Positions 16,203 to 19,172 of a stretch of DNA of 19,172 nucleotides are shown piece after piece; within the stretch, counting starts at the first letter, position 1; each line of letters starts with the position of its first letter. The position numbers were made by a program, and so were the translations under genes. A model generated the notes under the pieces. That model searched no databases and was not told the DNA's origin. It worked only from the letters and a program-made list of their open reading frames with translations. This DNA comes from Candidatus Velthaea sp. (GTDB lineage Bacteria; Vulcanimicrobiota; Vulcanimicrobiia; Vulcanimicrobiales; Vulcanimicrobiaceae), in contig JBEKHC010000096.1 in the NCBI GenBank assembly GCA_050012475.1, positions 1 through 19,172 of the forward strand, given 5' to 3'.

Positions 16203-16754
16203 ATGAAAAACCTGTTTCTCGCAGCCGCTTTCACCCTGATTGTCCTTGCGACAGGTCCGGCAACCGCGGCGCCCACATCTACCGATCCGCTGGGTACCGA
16301 TCCGCTGGGCGCTCAGACCTTGAGCGTCATCAAATCGAACTTCAGCCGGCTCATGGCTCTGGCAAATCAGCACGACCTCGGGGCGCTCCATGAGATGTTT
16401 TGGCAATCTCCGTCCGTCCTCTTGGTTGCGAAGAGCGCCAATCCGTCCGAAGGCAACTGGGCGGGATATTGGGGCAACGACGCCGTCGATCAGAAACTTC
16501 GCGACATCGCCGGATCCGGGCCTGTGGTCCTCACGCCCGATTTCTCCCAGCTCAAGGTTGTCGGACTGACTTCGGAATTGGCCGAGTCCTACGCGCCAAT
16601 GAACATCACCGTTTCGTACGCAGGACAGGACGGCACACCCAAGCCGTTCTTGATGATCATCGATTGGCTAAAGATCGCGAACGACTGGAAGGTCGCCTCC
16701 GAGATCATCTTGCCCGTGCCGCCCACGCCGGCGGTCGAACGCCATATGAATTAA
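16203..16754 (+). CDS. exported NTF2/SnoaL-like protein
   Basis: AGGAG SD, signal peptide, N.HD...L...F and C-terminal WKV pattern. Confidence 0.75.
   Translation: MKNLFLAAAFTLIVLATGPATAAPTSTDPLGTDPLGAQTLSVIKSNFSRLMALANQHDLGALHEMFWQSPSVLLVAKSANPSEGNWAGYWGNDAVDQKLRDIAGSGPVVLTPDFSQLKVVGLTSELAESYAPMNITVSYAGQDGTPKPFLMIIDWLKIANDWKVASEIILPVPPTPAVERHMN
16281..16310 (+). repeat. in-frame 15-bp tandem duplication (TDPLG x2)
   Basis: ACCGATCCGCTGGGT-ACCGATCCGCTGGGC. Confidence 0.9.
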
Positions 16755-16827
16755 ATCTTCGCGAACACCGCAAGAATGAACCGGGATGTTCGCCGTGATG
16801 GTTGAGAAAGCCGACGGGAGCCGCAGT

Positions 16828-17208
16828 CTAAGTACGTAACGACGAACCCGCCCACAAGGGAACCCTTTTGCGCGGGCACTCGACGACGCGAATCGTATCG
16901 TTCGTAGAATCGCCGAGCGAGACGGCAGCCGCGACGTGCGAGCCGCCAAGCGATGGAGCGGAATAGTCGATCTCGGCATGGTGCCCTGCCCGCGCGTCGG
17001 CTGCCGGATCAAAGAGCGTGCGCTTCGAACGGTCCGAGTCGCGGACGCGCAAAACGGCGACCGACGCAGTCGGAGCGAGCTGCTCGAAGAAGAGGTTGCC
17101 GTTCATCTGTTGCCAATCCGAAATACAAGCAGCGGTTGTCGAAAGTGCGAGTGCTGGCCCCCTCGATAGCGTGCGGACCGCGCGGATCGCATCGGTCTGG
17201 GCTCGCAT
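16828..17208 (-). pseudogene. remnant of a prolyl oligopeptidase (S9) N-terminal region
   Basis: MRAQTD, LFF..L, LRVRD..RTLFDP, IDYSAPS.GGSHVAAAVSLGDS..TIRVV resemble the POP propeller start; no catalytic domain. Confidence 0.65.
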
Positions 17209-17286
17209 GGCCGACTGGGGCCGGTCGCACGCGCCGGCAGCCGACCGAACAAGGCCTACGCGGACCGCATGACGGAAGCCAAGCGT

Positions 17287-18387
17287 ATGCCCGAAACTTT
17301 GCGCCGCACCGCCCTATTCGAAGCGCACCGTGCGCTTGGGGCGAAGCTCGTGCCCTTCGGCGGGTTCGAGATGCCCGTTTCGTATGCCGGCATCTTGCGC
17401 GAACACGCCGCGGTGCGACGGCGAGCCGGGCTGTTCGATCTCTCGCACATGGGGCAGTTCGCGTTGCGCGGCGCGAACGTCGGCGCGTGGGCTGAGACGC
17501 TGACGGTCAATCTCGTCGCAAACATGAAGCCCGGTCAGGCGCGTTACAACATCTTCACCAACGAGCACGGCGGCGCGCACGACGACGTGATTTTTTATCG
17601 GCTCGACGCCGACCGCTGGCTGCTCGTCGTCAATGCATCGAACGCCGACAAGATGTGGAGCTTGGTGAGCGCCGCCGCCCCGGCCGGCATCGAAGTGGTC
17701 AACAACCACGGCGTCGACGCGCTCATCGCGATTCAAGGGCCGCGCTCGGTTGAGATCCTGCGCGATTTCGTCGACGTCGATTTGGGCGCGATGAAATACT
17801 ATTCGTGCGTCCAGACGCCCGTGCGCGGCGTCGCTTCGCTGGTCGCGCGAACCGGCTATACGGGCGAAGACGGCTTCGAGATTTTTTGCGCGTCCGAGTA
17901 TGCGACCAACGTCTGGGACGAGCTGTTGGCTCGCGGCCGGGCGCACGGTCTGGAGCCGGCCGGATTGGGCGCGCGCGACGTGTTGCGGCTCGAAGCGGGG
18001 ATGCCGCTTTACGGCCATGAGCTCAGCGAGGAGATCACGCCGGTCCAAGCCGGGCTGAGCTGGGCGGTAAAGCTGGCCAAACCGTCATTTGCGGGCCGCG
18101 CCGCACTCGAGACGCAGCTTGCCGGAGCAACGTACGACCGCATCGCCGGTCTGATCCTCGACGGCAAAATTCCGGCGCGCAGCGGGTACGCCGTCTACGC
18201 CGGCGACACGCGCGTCGGCGAGGTGCGCAGCGGCTCGACCGCGCCGTCGGTGGGGAATAAGAACATTGCGACCGCGCTCGTCAGCGCCGGCGCGGCGGAA
18301 CTCGGAACGCGGCTGGCGGTCGAAATTCGCGGTACCCGTCACGCTGCGACGGTGTCGCCGCTGCCGTTCTACAAGCGCGCGAAGTAA
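17287..18387 (+). CDS. gcvT: glycine cleavage system aminomethyltransferase T
   Basis: RRTALF, PFGGFEMP, LFDLSHMG, RTGYTGEDGFE, ARDVLRLEAGMPLYGHE; start 17287 (alternative 17269). Confidence 0.98.
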   Translation: MPETLRRTALFEAHRALGAKLVPFGGFEMPVSYAGILREHAAVRRRAGLFDLSHMGQFALRGANVGAWAETLTVNLVANMKPGQARYNIFTNEHGGAHDDVIFYRLDADRWLLVVNASNADKMWSLVSAAAPAGIEVVNNHGVDALIAIQGPRSVEILRDFVDVDLGAMKYYSCVQTPVRGVASLVARTGYTGEDGFEIFCASEYATNVWDELLARGRAHGLEPAGLGARDVLRLEAGMPLYGHELSEEITPVQAGLSWAVKLAKPSFAGRAALETQLAGATYDRIAGLILDGKIPARSGYAVYAGDTRVGEVRSGSTAPSVGNKNIATALVSAGAAELGTRLAVEIRGTRHAATVSPLPFYKRAK

Positions 18388-18492
18388 TGCAACCGTGGTG
18401 AACGAATCGGCGTCAAAAGCGGCGGAGCGTTCGCCAGCGCGCACGATTCGACCAAGTCGGATCCATCATCCAATGAACGTTAGGAGATCGAC

Positions 18493-18876
18493 GTGCCCCA
18501 GCCGGCCGGCCTGTTATATAGCAAAGAACACGAATGGGTGAAGGTGGAAGGTGAGACCGCAACGGTCGGCATCACCGACTACGCGCAGCATTCGCTGGGC
18601 GACATCGTTTACGTCGAACTGCCGCGCGTCGGCGCGGCGCTGCAGCAGTTCGGCAACATCGGCGTGGTCGAGTCGGTCAAGGCCGTTTCGGACATCTTCA
18701 CGCCCATCGGCGGCGAGGTCACCGAGATCAACGCTGCGCTAGAAGACGATCCGGCACTGCTCAATCGCGAACCGTTCGGCGCCGGCTGGCTCTTCAAGCT
18801 CAAAATCGCCGACCAGGGTGAAACGGGCAATCTGCTGTCGCCCGAGAGCTACGACGAACTAACGCACGAGGAATAA
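18493..18876 (+). CDS. gcvH: glycine cleavage system H protein
   Basis: YSKEHEW, GITDYAQ, VESVKAVSD lipoyl-Lys; AGGAG SD, GTG start. Confidence 0.99.
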   Translation: MPQPAGLLYSKEHEWVKVEGETATVGITDYAQHSLGDIVYVELPRVGAALQQFGNIGVVESVKAVSDIFTPIGGEVTEINAALEDDPALLNREPFGAGWLFKLKIADQGETGNLLSPESYDELTHEE

Positions 18877-18877
18877 T

Positions 18878-19005
18878 CAGCAGGTCCTTCGGACCGAGCC
18901 GCGCACGCCGTCTGGCTGAAAAACGGTCCCGGGGCTCGTCCGGTCTAAGAAGGATGCCATGCCTGCTGGCCGAGCAAAGCCGGCCGCGCGAGCCCTCTCT
19001 TTTTT
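18878..19005 (+). other. structured intercistronic element (attenuator-like)
   Basis: Nested stems, alternative pairings and a 6-U tract before gcvPA. Confidence 0.45.
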
Positions 19006-19011
19006 GCGGAG

Positions 19012-19172
19012 TTGCCTACCATTTACACCCCTCATACGCCCAGCGATATCGCGGCGATGCTCGAGGTCATCGGCGTGAACACGCTGGACGAGCTGGTCGC
19101 GGTGCCCGATGCGGTCGCCCTGCGGGGACCGGTCTCGGTGGCCCCGGCCCGAGCCGAGTCGGAGATCGCAGC
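19012..19172 (+). CDS. gcvPA: glycine dehydrogenase subunit 1, N-terminus (truncated by window end)
   Basis: TTG-PTIYTPHTPSDIAAMLEVIGVNTLDELV...ESEI matches the GcvPA start and follows gcvT-gcvH; exact start codon uncertain. Confidence 0.9.
   Translation, partial: MPTIYTPHTPSDIAAMLEVIGVNTLDELVAVPDAVALRGPVSVAPARAESEIA

Noticed and set aside
17209..17286. Glycine riboswitch upstream of gcvT
   Set aside because: Too little space and no aptamer consensus visible
18396..18437. Regulatory RNA between gcvT and gcvH
   Set aside because: Only one stem (TGGTGAACG/CGTTCGCCA); could be an mRNA stabiliser, nothing more supportable
18930..18985. c-di-GMP-I riboswitch (TCCGGTCTAAG and GCAAAGCC words)
   Set aside because: Words occur in the wrong order and the GGCAAAC/GNRA P2 element is missing

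Overview
GC-rich bacterial window; the mix of Prp next to rplU, split gcvPA and frequent GTG/TTG or near-leaderless starts suggests a Terrabacteria lineage such as Ca. Eremiobacterota (inference only). It is mostly housekeeping: trmD, TPR protein, TatA/B, lytic transglycosylase, prp, rplU, an ArgZ-like pentein hydrolase, FKBP, Rieske ferredoxin, sufB, SDR, two TetR regulators with visible operators, a DUF2214-like protein, speD-speE and gcvT-gcvH-gcvPA (partial). A decaying accessory block (about 13.6-17.25 kb) carries two pseudogenes. The most notable unexplained features are: a ~230-nt multi-stem 5' leader between a clear sigma70 promoter and speD (candidate polyamine-related cis-regulatory RNA); a structured element with alternative pairings between gcvH and gcvPA; a cryptic 58-codon ACG-start ORF with its own SD and terminator; two degenerate intergenic satellite arrays each abutting a hairpin; and several broken canonical operons (trmD alone, rplU-prp without rpmA, sufB without sufCDS). 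No tRNA, rRNA, CRISPR array or transposase was recognised.
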